Virus record (IMG/VR): IMGVR_UViG_3300005937_000008
Location: 8,267 to 72,266 of that record
Direction: 5' to 3' (one strand)
Length of the DNA stretch: 64,000 nt
DNA from: a virus
Lineage: Duplodnaviria; Caudoviricetes
The notes under the pieces were generated by a model, which saw only the letters and a list, made by a program, of their open reading frames with translations, had not been told where the DNA came from and ran no database searches. The translations under genes and the position numbers were made by a program. Shown here in pieces: positions 1 to 7,609 of this stretch. The first letter of the stretch is position 1. Every line of letters begins with the position of its first letter.

Positions 1-1232
1 CCACCGCACGGCACGGCACGGGCAAGCGCTACAAGGTCACCGGAATTCCAGGCGTCAAGGCCCGCTCGTTCACCAAGCTCACCGGCGCCGACGGCGCCAA
101 AGCGTGGCTCGCCAAGGCCCAGCACGAGAGCGCCAAGGGCGAGTTCATCGACCCCCGCGCCGGCACCATCCTGATCCGCGCCTACGTCGAGGAGGAGTGG
201 TGGCCCGACCAGGACTACGGCGACCCGGCAACCGAGGCCACCGTCAAGGGCCGCATCTGGAACCACATCCTGCCCCACCTCGGCTCACTTCCCCTCAACG
301 CGGTCAAGACCCCGCAGCTGCGCGCCTGGCTCAAGACGATCAACGCCCAGCTCGGCGACGGCACCGTCAACGAGGTGTGGGGATATCTGTCCGCCATCCT
401 GCAGGCTGCGGTCGACGACGAGCGGATCACCAAGAACTACTGCCGCTCCCAGACATCCGTCCGCCCGCCCAGCCGGCCCGAACGCAAAGCGCGGGCGTGG
501 CAGAAGGCACGGATCCTCGCCGTGCAGGAAGCCCTGCCGGAGCGGTTCCAGGTCATGGTGGATCTCGGGGTGGGCGCCGGCCTGCGCCAGGGTGAGGTGT
601 TCGGTCTGGCCGTCGAGGACATCGACGAGTCGGAGGGCGTCATCCACGTCCGGCGTCAGGTCAAGAAGGTCGGGGCCAAGCTCATCTTCGCGCTGCCGAA
701 GGGGAAGAAGACCCGCACCGTTCCGGTGCCGCCGCATCTTCTCGCCGTGCTCCGCGGGCACCTGCAGCGGTTCCCCGCGAAGAAGGTGACGCTGCCGTGG
801 GCGAATCCGGCACCTCCTGAGACGGAGCGGGAGGAGAAGGAGAGGGCGCCGCGGACCTTCGAGCTGGTCGTGACCGCAGCACGGGGCGGGGCCGTGCGGC
901 GGGACAGTTGGGACACGCGCGCCTGGAAGCCTGCCCTCGCTGCGGCCGGCCTGATCCCGGAGCCGGAGCGGACGAAGCAGCCGATCAAGCACCGCCCGGG
1001 CTGTTTCCGCACGGTGGTGAAGTATGCCGAGAGCCGCGAGCACGGGTACCACGCGCTGCGGCACACGTTCGCCTCGGTGCTGCTGGACGCGCGCGAGCCG
1101 ATCGTGGCAGTCTCAAGATGGCTGGGGCACGCGGATCCGTCGATCACACTCCGGATCTACGCCCACATGATGCCTGAGGCCGACGGCCGCGGCAGGACGG
1201 CGATGCAGGCCTGGTTCGAGACGAATTCCTAA
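1..1232 (+). CDS. int: Tyrosine integrase, 5'-truncated by the window edge
   Basis: Frame of ORF 375..1232 stays open to base 3 (TARHGTGKRYKVTG...); GLRQGE, HALRH, RWLGH and TLRIY catalytic motifs. Confidence 0.93.
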   Translation, partial: TARHGTGKRYKVTGIPGVKARSFTKLTGADGAKAWLAKAQHESAKGEFIDPRAGTILIRAYVEEEWWPDQDYGDPATEATVKGRIWNHILPHLGSLPLNAVKTPQLRAWLKTINAQLGDGTVNEVWGYLSAILQAAVDDERITKNYCRSQTSVRPPSRPERKARAWQKARILAVQEALPERFQVMVDLGVGAGLRQGEVFGLAVEDIDESEGVIHVRRQVKKVGAKLIFALPKGKKTRTVPVPPHLLAVLRGHLQRFPAKKVTLPWANPAPPETEREEKERAPRTFELVVTAARGGAVRRDSWDTRAWKPALAAAGLIPEPERTKQPIKHRPGCFRTVVKYAESREHGYHALRHTFASVLLDAREPIVAVSRWLGHADPSITLRIYAHMMPEADGRGRTAMQAWFETNS

Positions 1233-1273
1233 AAGATCTCCCCAGGCGCTCCCCACGAAAACTGATCATGAAA

Positions 1274-1311
1274 AAAGCGGCACCTCCCGGAGGTTCGGGA
1301 GGTGCCGCTTT
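1274..1311. terminator. Bidirectional intrinsic terminator after int
   Basis: AAAGCGGCACCTCCCG-gaggtt-CGGGAGGTGCCGCTTT, perfect 16-bp stem. Confidence 0.88.
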
Positions 1312-1318
1312 CACGTGT

Positions 1319-1513
1319 TCAGCGTACCCCTACAGTGCACAACGCACGCCTCTGACCTGCGGATAGCCGCGCCGGGAAGTACAGGTAGCAGACGCCGCCG
1401 GTGCCGGAGACGACCTTGCCGCTGGCGTTGTACCGCTTGGTGCGCAGCCAGATGTTCTCCATCTGTTGGCAGCGGTACCGGACATCAGGGGTAACGCGAG
1501 CCCGGTACGGCAT
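1319..1513 (-). other. Short coding-like fragment inside the att region, possibly a copy of the host target gene segment
   Basis: Strong GC3 bias over MENIWLRTKRYNASGKVVSGTGGVCYLYFPA; stop codon abuts the terminator. Confidence 0.35.
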
Positions 1514-1667
1514 CAGGGTCCTGAACTGGCTTCATTACGATTCACGCAACCTCGCACGGCTTAACGGAACTTGAGTCGAAAGCGCTCCCCCGATGCTCCC
1601 CACGCAAGATCACTCCCCAGGCGCTCCCCAGATTGAGGCCGATGAGACAGCCTGTCACCTACCCGTC

Positions 1668-1910
1668 TCATCGGCCCAGCGCCTCGCCGAGGCGCCCCGG
1701 TGCGTACTCCCGGCCCGCACGCGCAGCCTCCTCACGCCTTATGTCCTCCATCCGCACCACGCATTCCTGGCAGGCGCGGACCTCGCGCTCGCCGTCCTGT
1801 CGGGGATGGACTACACCCACGACGGCCGTGGGGACGACTCCCTTGCTGGGATGGCGGAAGCAGAGCCCGTCGGTCCAGTCGTAGAGGTCGAGGATCTGCT
1901 GCCGCTCCAT
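1668..1910 (-). CDS. Small Cys/His hypothetical protein (MERQQILDLYDW...)
   Basis: ATG at 1910 with purine-rich RBS; CFRH and CQEC motifs. Confidence 0.7.
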   Translation of the reverse strand: MERQQILDLYDWTDGLCFRHPSKGVVPTAVVGVVHPRQDGEREVRACQECVVRMEDIRREEAARAGREYAPGRLGEALGR

Positions 1911-2014
1911 GGCCCTGTCTCCCGTTATCTCGGCCGGCTCGGTTGTGGGGGCTTGGCCCTGATTCCCGTCTTGCTCAACGGAATGCGCTGGCCAGTGGTA
2001 GTTCACCCCTTCGG

Positions 2015-2030
2015 GTGAACATCTGTTCGA
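2015..2030. promoter_or_regulatory. Putative LexA (SOS) box
   Basis: gtGAACatctGTTCGA, close to the actinobacterial consensus TCGAAC-N4-GTTCGA; upstream of 1668..1910. Confidence 0.6.
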
Positions 2031-2229
2031 ATCTCGCACACTACAGCGCACCCCACGGCATATGCCACAACCGCAGGGCTGCCGGTGGGGGGTGGCAGCG
2101 CTTCGAGGGCGTCGCCCTCGCTTCTTCTACGGCGGCGACAGGCTGGTCCGTCGCGCCGGTCGGGCACTTTTTCGCGTGGCGACCGTTTGGGTACTGACGC
2201 AAGATCGTTAGGGCCACAGCGTGTGACGG

Positions 2230-2472
2230 GTGCCAGCCCGCCGCAACCCCAGACCCGACTGGGTCCTCGACCGCCGAAGAGCCCTCGGCCACCGGATAGC
2301 GGACCTACGGCGGCAAGCGGAGCTCTCCCAAGAGGAGCTGGCCCACCTCGCCGGCATGGAGCGTCGCAGCATCCAGCGCTACGAGAACGCGCAGCGGGAT
2401 CCGCAGTACAGCGACCTGCTCCTCATTGCCCACGCCCTGCGTGTGCATGTCGCTGACCTCCTCAGCGGCTGA
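2230..2472 (+). CDS. XRE-family HTH regulator
   Basis: LRRQAELSQEELAHLAGMERRSIQRYE...LAHALRV. Confidence 0.88.
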   Translation: MPARRNPRPDWVLDRRRALGHRIADLRRQAELSQEELAHLAGMERRSIQRYENAQRDPQYSDLLLIAHALRVHVADLLSG

Positions 2473-2676
2473 GTTGCGGTGCGTGGCGCAGCTCTGTTCC
2501 GAACCGTGCTGCTGTCGAACTTTATTCAACGACCAATTGCCCGCGAGGTTACGGCGTTTGCTGCATATATGCGGGTGGGTTCGGTGATCGGCGCGTGAAC
2601 TTCTCGCCCACCGTAACCCTCAGGCCAACACTCCATACGCCCTGGTCAACCGTTGGCCAAACGTTCCGGCAGGTAA

Positions 2677-2711
2677 CCCGTCCCGTCGCAGGGTCCAGGC
2701 GACGGGGCGGG
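2677..2711. terminator. GC-rich hairpin at the end of 2714..3031
   Basis: CCCGTCCCGTCGC / GCGACGGGGCGGG. Confidence 0.55.
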
Positions 2712-2713
2712 CG

Positions 2714-3031
2714 TCATATCGCGCCGTCGTGCAGCTGGCGGTAGGCGTTGTCGAGGGCCGCAGTCCATGCCTGCCACAGCTGTTCGCCGATAGAGCAGCG
2801 CTGCCGGTCCACGTCGGCGCACTGGCGGCACTCGTTGGCGTGGACGGCGTGCGCGTGCTGGGCTTCCTGTACGGGGCTGAGGCGGGTGGCTGGTGGCAGT
2901 GCGGGCCAGTGCGGGCCTGTTTCAGGCGGGGGCTGGTCGCCTCTACGCTCGTCCATGTCGACGCTCCACTCCGTCGGCCGCGCCCCCGGGTCGAGCTGCA
3001 TCGGCCGCGGGGGTCTGTCGTGTCTGGTCAC
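2714..3031 (-). CDS. Hypothetical protein with HxxxCxxC..C motif
   Basis: HAVHANECRQC...RCSIGEQLW; divergent from the GntR gene; start uncertain (alternative 2958). Confidence 0.65.
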   Translation of the reverse strand: MTRHDRPPRPMQLDPGARPTEWSVDMDERRGDQPPPETGPHWPALPPATRLSPVQEAQHAHAVHANECRQCADVDRQRCSIGEQLWQAWTAALDNAYRQLHDGAI

Positions 3032-3040
3032 GATACCCCT

Positions 3041-3100
3041 GCGGTATAGGCGGTATAGGCCGTCTAGGTCGACTCGTCTCGCGTGTCTGACTAGGCCCGC
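3041..3100. promoter_or_regulatory. Divergent promoter/operator region for GntR
   Basis: Tandem GCGGTATAG x2 (3041, 3050) and two CTAGG units between divergent genes. Confidence 0.45.
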
Positions 3101-3114
3101 CTAACTTCTGGATC

Positions 3115-3360
3115 ATGAGGTGGGAGCCGGAAGTACCGCGATGGCGGCAGGTGTACGCCGTGATGACGGAGCGGATCGACGACGGCACCTACCCGCCCGA
3201 CGAACGCCTCCCGTCCGCAATGGCGATCTGCGACGAGTTCGGGATCTCCCAGGTGACCGCGAAACGCGTGTTGACAGAGCTACGGGGCGCCGGGCTCGCC
3301 TACATGCAGCCGGGCATCGGAACGTTCGTGGCGCCGCTGCCGCAGCCGCCTACCTCGTAG
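3115..3360 (+). CDS. GntR-family winged-HTH regulator (HTH domain only)
   Basis: YPPDERLPS...EFGISQVTAKRVLTELR..GL...PGIGTFV. Confidence 0.9.
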   Translation: MRWEPEVPRWRQVYAVMTERIDDGTYPPDERLPSAMAICDEFGISQVTAKRVLTELRGAGLAYMQPGIGTFVAPLPQPPTS

Positions 3361-3394
3361 CCTGCTGTCAGACCGGCGCCCTAAGATCAGAGGC

Positions 3395-3574
3395 ATGCCC
3401 CCCACGCCCCGGCCGGATGGTGCCGCGCGTTCTGCCGACGAGCTGAACGCGGCGATCCGGGCGTTGTTCCCGCACCGGGATGTGCGGTTGACGGACGAGC
3501 AGCGGGAGACGTACCGGGGGCTGCTGGCGGAACTGCGGCGGGTCGAACGCGGAGACGTCACGGCGGCGGCCTAG
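3395..3574 (+). CDS. Small hypothetical protein, 59 aa (MPPTPRPDGAARSADELNAAIRALF...)
   Basis: Translated by hand; below the ORF-track cutoff; GC3-biased. Confidence 0.65.
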   Translation: MPPTPRPDGAARSADELNAAIRALFPHRDVRLTDEQRETYRGLLAELRRVERGDVTAAA

Positions 3575-4455
3575 AAGGCGAAGGCCAGCTGCTCGCAGTC
3601 TGTGGTCTCGATGCGGGGCGGGGCTGCAAGAACCCGGGTATGCCAGGCGAGGGCGCCTTCCTTGCAGTTCGCGCAGGTCTTCGCGCGGTGCGTGCACTGC
3701 GACAGCTTCATCTTGCGCTTGCGGTAGCCGAACGACCAGGCCTGCGAGTCGGCCGACGTGAGCTGGTCGCCGTAGATGCCGAGCCCGTCGGTCTTCACGC
3801 CGAACCCGTGCAGGCGAAGGCCCTGCCCGTGGAAGTAGTCGACGATCTCGGCTATCTCCTCGCTGTCCTGCCGTCGGCACACCGACCCCAGACCTACGAC
3901 CGGTTCGGCGGCCAGATCGAACCCGGCTTCGGCGTACAGGCGGGCGCAGTGCTTGTAGTCGTCGAGGCTATAGCCCTGAAGGACAAGGATGAACGGGATG
4001 TCCGGGGCCAGGCGGCGCAGCTCGACGGCGTTGCCGACGGTGAGCCGCTGGTGGATCCGGACGGCAGTGGTGAGGTCTTGCTCCGGCTCTCCGGGCTTCA
4101 GGCCGCGCAGCTCCCGGGTGCCGTGGAACTCCTGCCCGTGGAAGAACCCTCCCCGGATGACGACTTCCTCGCACATCAGATCCTGCGGGGCCGCCCACAG
4201 CATCCGCTCCGGCCCGAGCTGGTCGCGGTAGCGGCGCACCTCCGCCACGTACTCCTCGGCGGTCAAGGTCCAACGGCCGTGACGCTGGAGTTCGGTGAAC
4301 CCGCCAGAGTCGAGGCAGAAGTCGTGCAGTGCCCGCGGGAACGGGGTGGCACGCCGGGCCAGACGGGTGCGGGACACGAAGAACACCACGTCGTTGAACC
4401 GAGGGTCCGGGTCCCACAGCCAGTGAGGCTCCGGCGTGCCCAAGTAGAACCTCAC
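3571..4455 (-). CDS. TGT-fold / DpdA-like guanine transglycosylase
   Basis: LDSGGF, PQD, LQG, VGLGS, LHGFG, SADS motifs and C-terminal CTH..CANC metal site. Confidence 0.8.
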   Translation of the reverse strand: MRFYLGTPEPHWLWDPDPRFNDVVFFVSRTRLARRATPFPRALHDFCLDSGGFTELQRHGRWTLTAEEYVAEVRRYRDQLGPERMLWAAPQDLMCEEVVIRGGFFHGQEFHGTRELRGLKPGEPEQDLTTAVRIHQRLTVGNAVELRRLAPDIPFILVLQGYSLDDYKHCARLYAEAGFDLAAEPVVGLGSVCRRQDSEEIAEIVDYFHGQGLRLHGFGVKTDGLGIYGDQLTSADSQAWSFGYRKRKMKLSQCTHRAKTCANCKEGALAWHTRVLAAPPRIETTDCEQLAFAF

Positions 4456-5123
4456 GCTGATTCCTTGACGACGTGGGCGTTGCGGTAGGCGATCAGCATG
4501 TCGATGACCTCGTCGACCCGTCCGGCTTCCAGCGACCGGAACAGGGCCGGGAGGCGGTGCCGCTCGTTCTCCTCCAGCAGCCCGAAGCCCTGGTGCGACT
4601 CGAACTCGATCCGCCCGTTGCGGCGACCGTCCCGCTCCTCGGCGCGCACACGCATGGCCTTGATCAGTCGGTAGTAGTCCCGGTTGGCAGCGTCGATGCG
4701 GCGCTGGTCTCGGACAGACGGAACCTCCGTCGTGCCGTTGCAGCGGTAGCAGGTGTCAGGGCCGCGGCGCGTGTGGTAGATGCCCGTTCCGTTGCAACGG
4801 GGGCAGGGGCGCAGCGGGTCGAGCAGTTCGATCGCGGTGGTCTGCTTGGTGTCCTGCTCTGCAACCGGCGTCCAGCGGTCCGCCTCGCGCTCACCCTCGG
4901 GGTCGGCGTCGGCGATGCAGCAGGCGCAGCGGAACAGCGGGGTGACCTTGACGGGCGTGCCGTCGGGGCTGGTGACGGGGCGCCAGGAGGCGGTGTGCTC
5001 GTCGCAGGTCAGGTTCGCCCAGGTGTCCCAGTCGAGTCGGTGGGTGGCCTGCTGCATGCAGGTGCCGCTGTGGCACGTCCCGGCGGGCTTACTGGGGTCA
5101 TCGACGACCTTGTTGGTGTTCAT
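4452..5123 (-). CDS. Hypothetical protein with DnaJ-type Zn finger, coupled to the DpdA-like gene
   Basis: CPRCNGTG...CYRCNGT; 4-nt GTGA overlap with the next gene. Confidence 0.75.
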   Translation of the reverse strand: MNTNKVVDDPSKPAGTCHSGTCMQQATHRLDWDTWANLTCDEHTASWRPVTSPDGTPVKVTPLFRCACCIADADPEGEREADRWTPVAEQDTKQTTAIELLDPLRPCPRCNGTGIYHTRRGPDTCYRCNGTTEVPSVRDQRRIDAANRDYYRLIKAMRVRAEERDGRRNGRIEFESHQGFGLLEENERHRLPALFRSLEAGRVDEVIDMLIAYRNAHVVKESA

Positions 5124-5163
5124 TCCCGTCTCCCCTGCTCGCCGTTCCCTTTACGCCTCTAAG

Positions 5164-5217
5164 CTTGGCCTAGCGACTTGGCGTTGTCAAGCGAGATGGC
5201 CTAGCGACTTGGCCAAG
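5164..5217. promoter_or_regulatory. Leftward sigma70-type promoter flanked by 17-bp direct-repeat operators
   Basis: TGGCCTAGCGACTTGGC at 5166-5182 and 5197-5213; minus-strand TTGACA (5185-5190), N17, CAAGCT. Confidence 0.7.
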
Positions 5218-5228
5218 AAGGTGAGAAG

Positions 5229-5447
5229 ATGCCGGACATGGACACCGCCAAGCTCGAACTCGCAGCCCAGCGCTACCGCGACGCGCAGGCCAACCTCGAC
5301 GCAGCCCGCGCAGACCTCCAAACCGAGGTCGTCTCAGCACTGAGCAGCACCGACGAGCGAGGCGCCCAAGCCCAGGTCGCACGCATCACCGGCTGGACGC
5401 GGGAACAGATCAGACTGCTCATGAAGGCTGCGCGCGAGGAGTCGTAG
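5229..5447 (+). CDS. Small HTH regulator
   Basis: AQVARITGWTREQIRLL; divergent from the DpdA-like operon. Confidence 0.78.
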   Translation: MPDMDTAKLELAAQRYRDAQANLDAARADLQTEVVSALSSTDERGAQAQVARITGWTREQIRLLMKAAREES

Positions 5448-5456
5448 GATCCCAAC

Positions 5457-5660
5457 ATGCCCGCGATCACCCTCCCCGCCGACCTCCTCGCCCTCGAAAC
5501 CCGCGCCTGGAACGACATCCAAACCGGACAGCTCACCGCCGACACGGCCGAAGCCGTACATGCCGCAGTGGTGGCGTTCGCGGACGCGGCCGGGCTGGAG
5601 CGGATCGACGTGGAGACGGCGGTGAAGCAGGCCGTCAGGCACCCAGAGACGGCAGGCTAG
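5457..5660 (+). CDS. Hypothetical protein
   Basis: ORF with good codon bias directly after the HTH gene. Confidence 0.65.
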   Translation: MPAITLPADLLALETRAWNDIQTGQLTADTAEAVHAAVVAFADAAGLERIDVETAVKQAVRHPETAG

Positions 5661-6115
5661 GGCCGCCACGACTCCTGATAGCCGGGCCGGTCGCTGTACA
5701 CGGCTGCTTTGCGCTTCGCCCACCGCTCCAGGATGTGCAGCATGGCGGGCAGATAGTCGGCCTCGCGGCGCAGCGCGTTCCTGCGGAACACGTCGTCGTC
5801 TCCGGACCCGGCGAGACGAGCGGACTCCCTTTGGTGCCCCTCGTGGCTGCGGAGGGTGCGTTCATACTCGGCGAGAAGTTCGCGGTCGATCTCGATCTCG
5901 CGCAGCACCCGCGCCGGATCATGGCGAGCGATGTGCTCGGTCGTGGCCCGGAGTTGGCGGCTACTCAGTGCGAAGCCGTCGGCCACGGTGATGCCGTCGA
6001 CGGCCAGCACCTCATCCGACTCGGCGTTGACGTGCCACGGGCCAGGACTCGCAGCCTCAGCCGCGCGCTCGTCTCCGTCGAGCTGGGCGCGTAGCCACTG
6101 CACCAGATCGTCCAC
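5657..6115 (-). CDS. Phage hypothetical protein (DDLVQWLRAQLD...HIARHDPARVLREI)
   Basis: GTG start with GGAGG RBS; motif common in actinophage proteins. Confidence 0.75.
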   Translation of the reverse strand: MDDLVQWLRAQLDGDERAAEAASPGPWHVNAESDEVLAVDGITVADGFALSSRQLRATTEHIARHDPARVLREIEIDRELLAEYERTLRSHEGHQRESARLAGSGDDDVFRRNALRREADYLPAMLHILERWAKRKAAVYSDRPGYQESWRP

Positions 6116-6398
6116 GGCCCCTCCAACGGTTGCGGCCCCGCCCGGGGGTTCCACGACCCAGGCAGGGCCTCAGCAACTGGCAAACCCGCGCTTGGCTAGT
6201 GCCTGCAACGGATACCACCATGCTACGACCCGCCACCGACAACGCCGGGCCGCTGCGCTGCGCCACAAAACGACGCCGGCATGCAGACGCACGACCGCCC
6301 GCCCACAACCACGGAGGACGGGCGGAACGCGGTGCGCCAGGTAGCTACTCCGGCGCGCGGCAGCCGATCGGACGGCGCACGGGGCGCCGCACTGCCAG

Positions 6399-6473
6399 TA
6401 GCACCGGACGGATTTGAACCGCCGACCTCTGGGATATGAGCCCAGCGAGCTGACCGAGCTGCTCCACGGTGCG
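6399..6473 (-). tRNA. tRNA-fMet(CAU), initiator type, no encoded CCA
   Basis: CGCACCG/CGGTGCT acceptor stem with C1:U72 mismatch; CTGGG-CTCATAT-CCCAG with three G-C pairs; GGTTCAAATCC T-arm. Confidence 0.92.
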
Positions 6474-6525
6474 AACTCCAGCATGGCACAGGGCGGCGGC
6501 AGAAACTCACGGGCAGGAAGACGAG

Positions 6526-6564
6526 TTGGCGCCCACCGCGACGGGGGGACGCGGTAGGCGCCAA
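6526..6564. terminator. Hairpin between the second recombinase and the tRNA
   Basis: TTGGCGCCcACCGCG / CGCGGTaGGCGCCAA. Confidence 0.55.
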
Positions 6565-6589
6565 GGGCAGTGTGGCATGGGGCGGGTGG

Positions 6590-7609
6590 CTACAGGCCGA
6601 TGTCCTCCGATGCCGCATCGGTCCACTTGTCGGCTTCGCGGATGTAGCCCCAGAAGACGGGACTGTTGTCTGCGTGGCCGGACTGTGCGCGGATCTTCTC
6701 TTCGCGCTTCCCGGCTCGGCGGCTGGTGGTGATGAACCCGGCCCGCATGCTGTGGCCGGTCAACCGGACGGCGATCCCAGCGCGTTCAGCGTTGCGGGCG
6801 ATGATCTCGCGAACGGCTTCCGGGGAGAGGGCGCGGTCGCCGAGGCGGCCGTGGACGGTGATGGGCAGGAAGGCGGGGCCGCTGGTGATGCCTGCGGCGG
6901 CGCGCCAGGTGAGCCAGGCACGGACGGGGCAGGTGTCGGGGTTCTTGCCGTAGTGGACGACGACGTCCCGGGGCGGGCGGCCTTTGACGGCGGGCACCTT
7001 GACTTCGAGGCCCTGGCTGACGTGCACGATGGTGTCGGCTCGCAGCTCGGCGACTTCGGCGGAGCGCCCGGCAATTCCGAAGGCCATGAGCCAGAGCGCG
7101 CGGTCGCGGAGCCCGGCGAGCCCGTCGGCGACGGCGGAATTCATCTGTCGGAGTTGTTCGGGGGTGACGGCGGCGGCTTTGCCCCTGCCTCGCGCCATGC
7201 GGTCGGGGTCGTTCTTGAGCGGCTTGAGCGCCTTGCGTGCGGCTTCGGTGGCGCGCTTCGGGACTTCGACCCCGAGCCCTCGCGCGGTGACGGTGACTCC
7301 GGTGATCCGTCGGTCGATGGATGTTGGCGCGGCGAGCTTGATGGTGTCGAGCCAGACGACGAAGCCGACGAGGTTGCCCCTGCTGACTGCGGTTGACGGC
7401 ATGCGGTGGCCCGTCCGCTCGGCGAGCCAGTCGTGGAACTGTTCCCAAAGCGCCCAGTCGTTGGCGTATCCGCGCTTGGTGTTGTTGGGGATGTTCCTGT
7501 CGAGGTGTTCGTCGGCCGCCTGCTCCATGGCGGCGAGGACGGCGAGCGTCGCAGCGTCGTAGACGGGTGGGTTGGCATCCGGCTGGCGCGGGATGAGGTT
7601 GCCGCTCAT
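6590..7609 (-). CDS. Second tyrosine recombinase, Cre/Xer-like
   Basis: SAM-like N-domain (NTKRGYANDW); AGRSAEV, VKG, GHSMRAG, SGH and GYI motifs; no arm-binding domain evident. Confidence 0.88.
   Translation of the reverse strand: MSGNLIPRQPDANPPVYDAATLAVLAAMEQAADEHLDRNIPNNTKRGYANDWALWEQFHDWLAERTGHRMPSTAVSRGNLVGFVVWLDTIKLAAPTSIDRRITGVTVTARGLGVEVPKRATEAARKALKPLKNDPDRMARGRGKAAAVTPEQLRQMNSAVADGLAGLRDRALWLMAFGIAGRSAEVAELRADTIVHVSQGLEVKVPAVKGRPPRDVVVHYGKNPDTCPVRAWLTWRAAAGITSGPAFLPITVHGRLGDRALSPEAVREIIARNAERAGIAVRLTGHSMRAGFITTSRRAGKREEKIRAQSGHADNSPVFWGYIREADKWTDAASEDIGL

Larger units (their letters stand above)
1238..1630. other. Putative attP with arm-type direct repeats
   Basis: Identical 18-mer CTCCCCAGGCGCTCCCCA at 1238-1255 and 1613-1630; further CTCCCC(C/A) units at 1585 and 1596; directly downstream of int. 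Confidence 0.7.

Noticed and set aside
3571-6473. TGT-like enzyme modifying the nearby phage tRNA as canonical queuosine
   Set aside because: Canonical TGT needs a GUN anticodon and this tRNA is CAU; the two are also in separate transcription units
6399-7609. tRNA plus recombinase read as the att junction of a nested element
   Set aside because: The tRNA is complete and diverged, its 5' end faces the recombinase stop, and I found no duplicated tRNA 3' end
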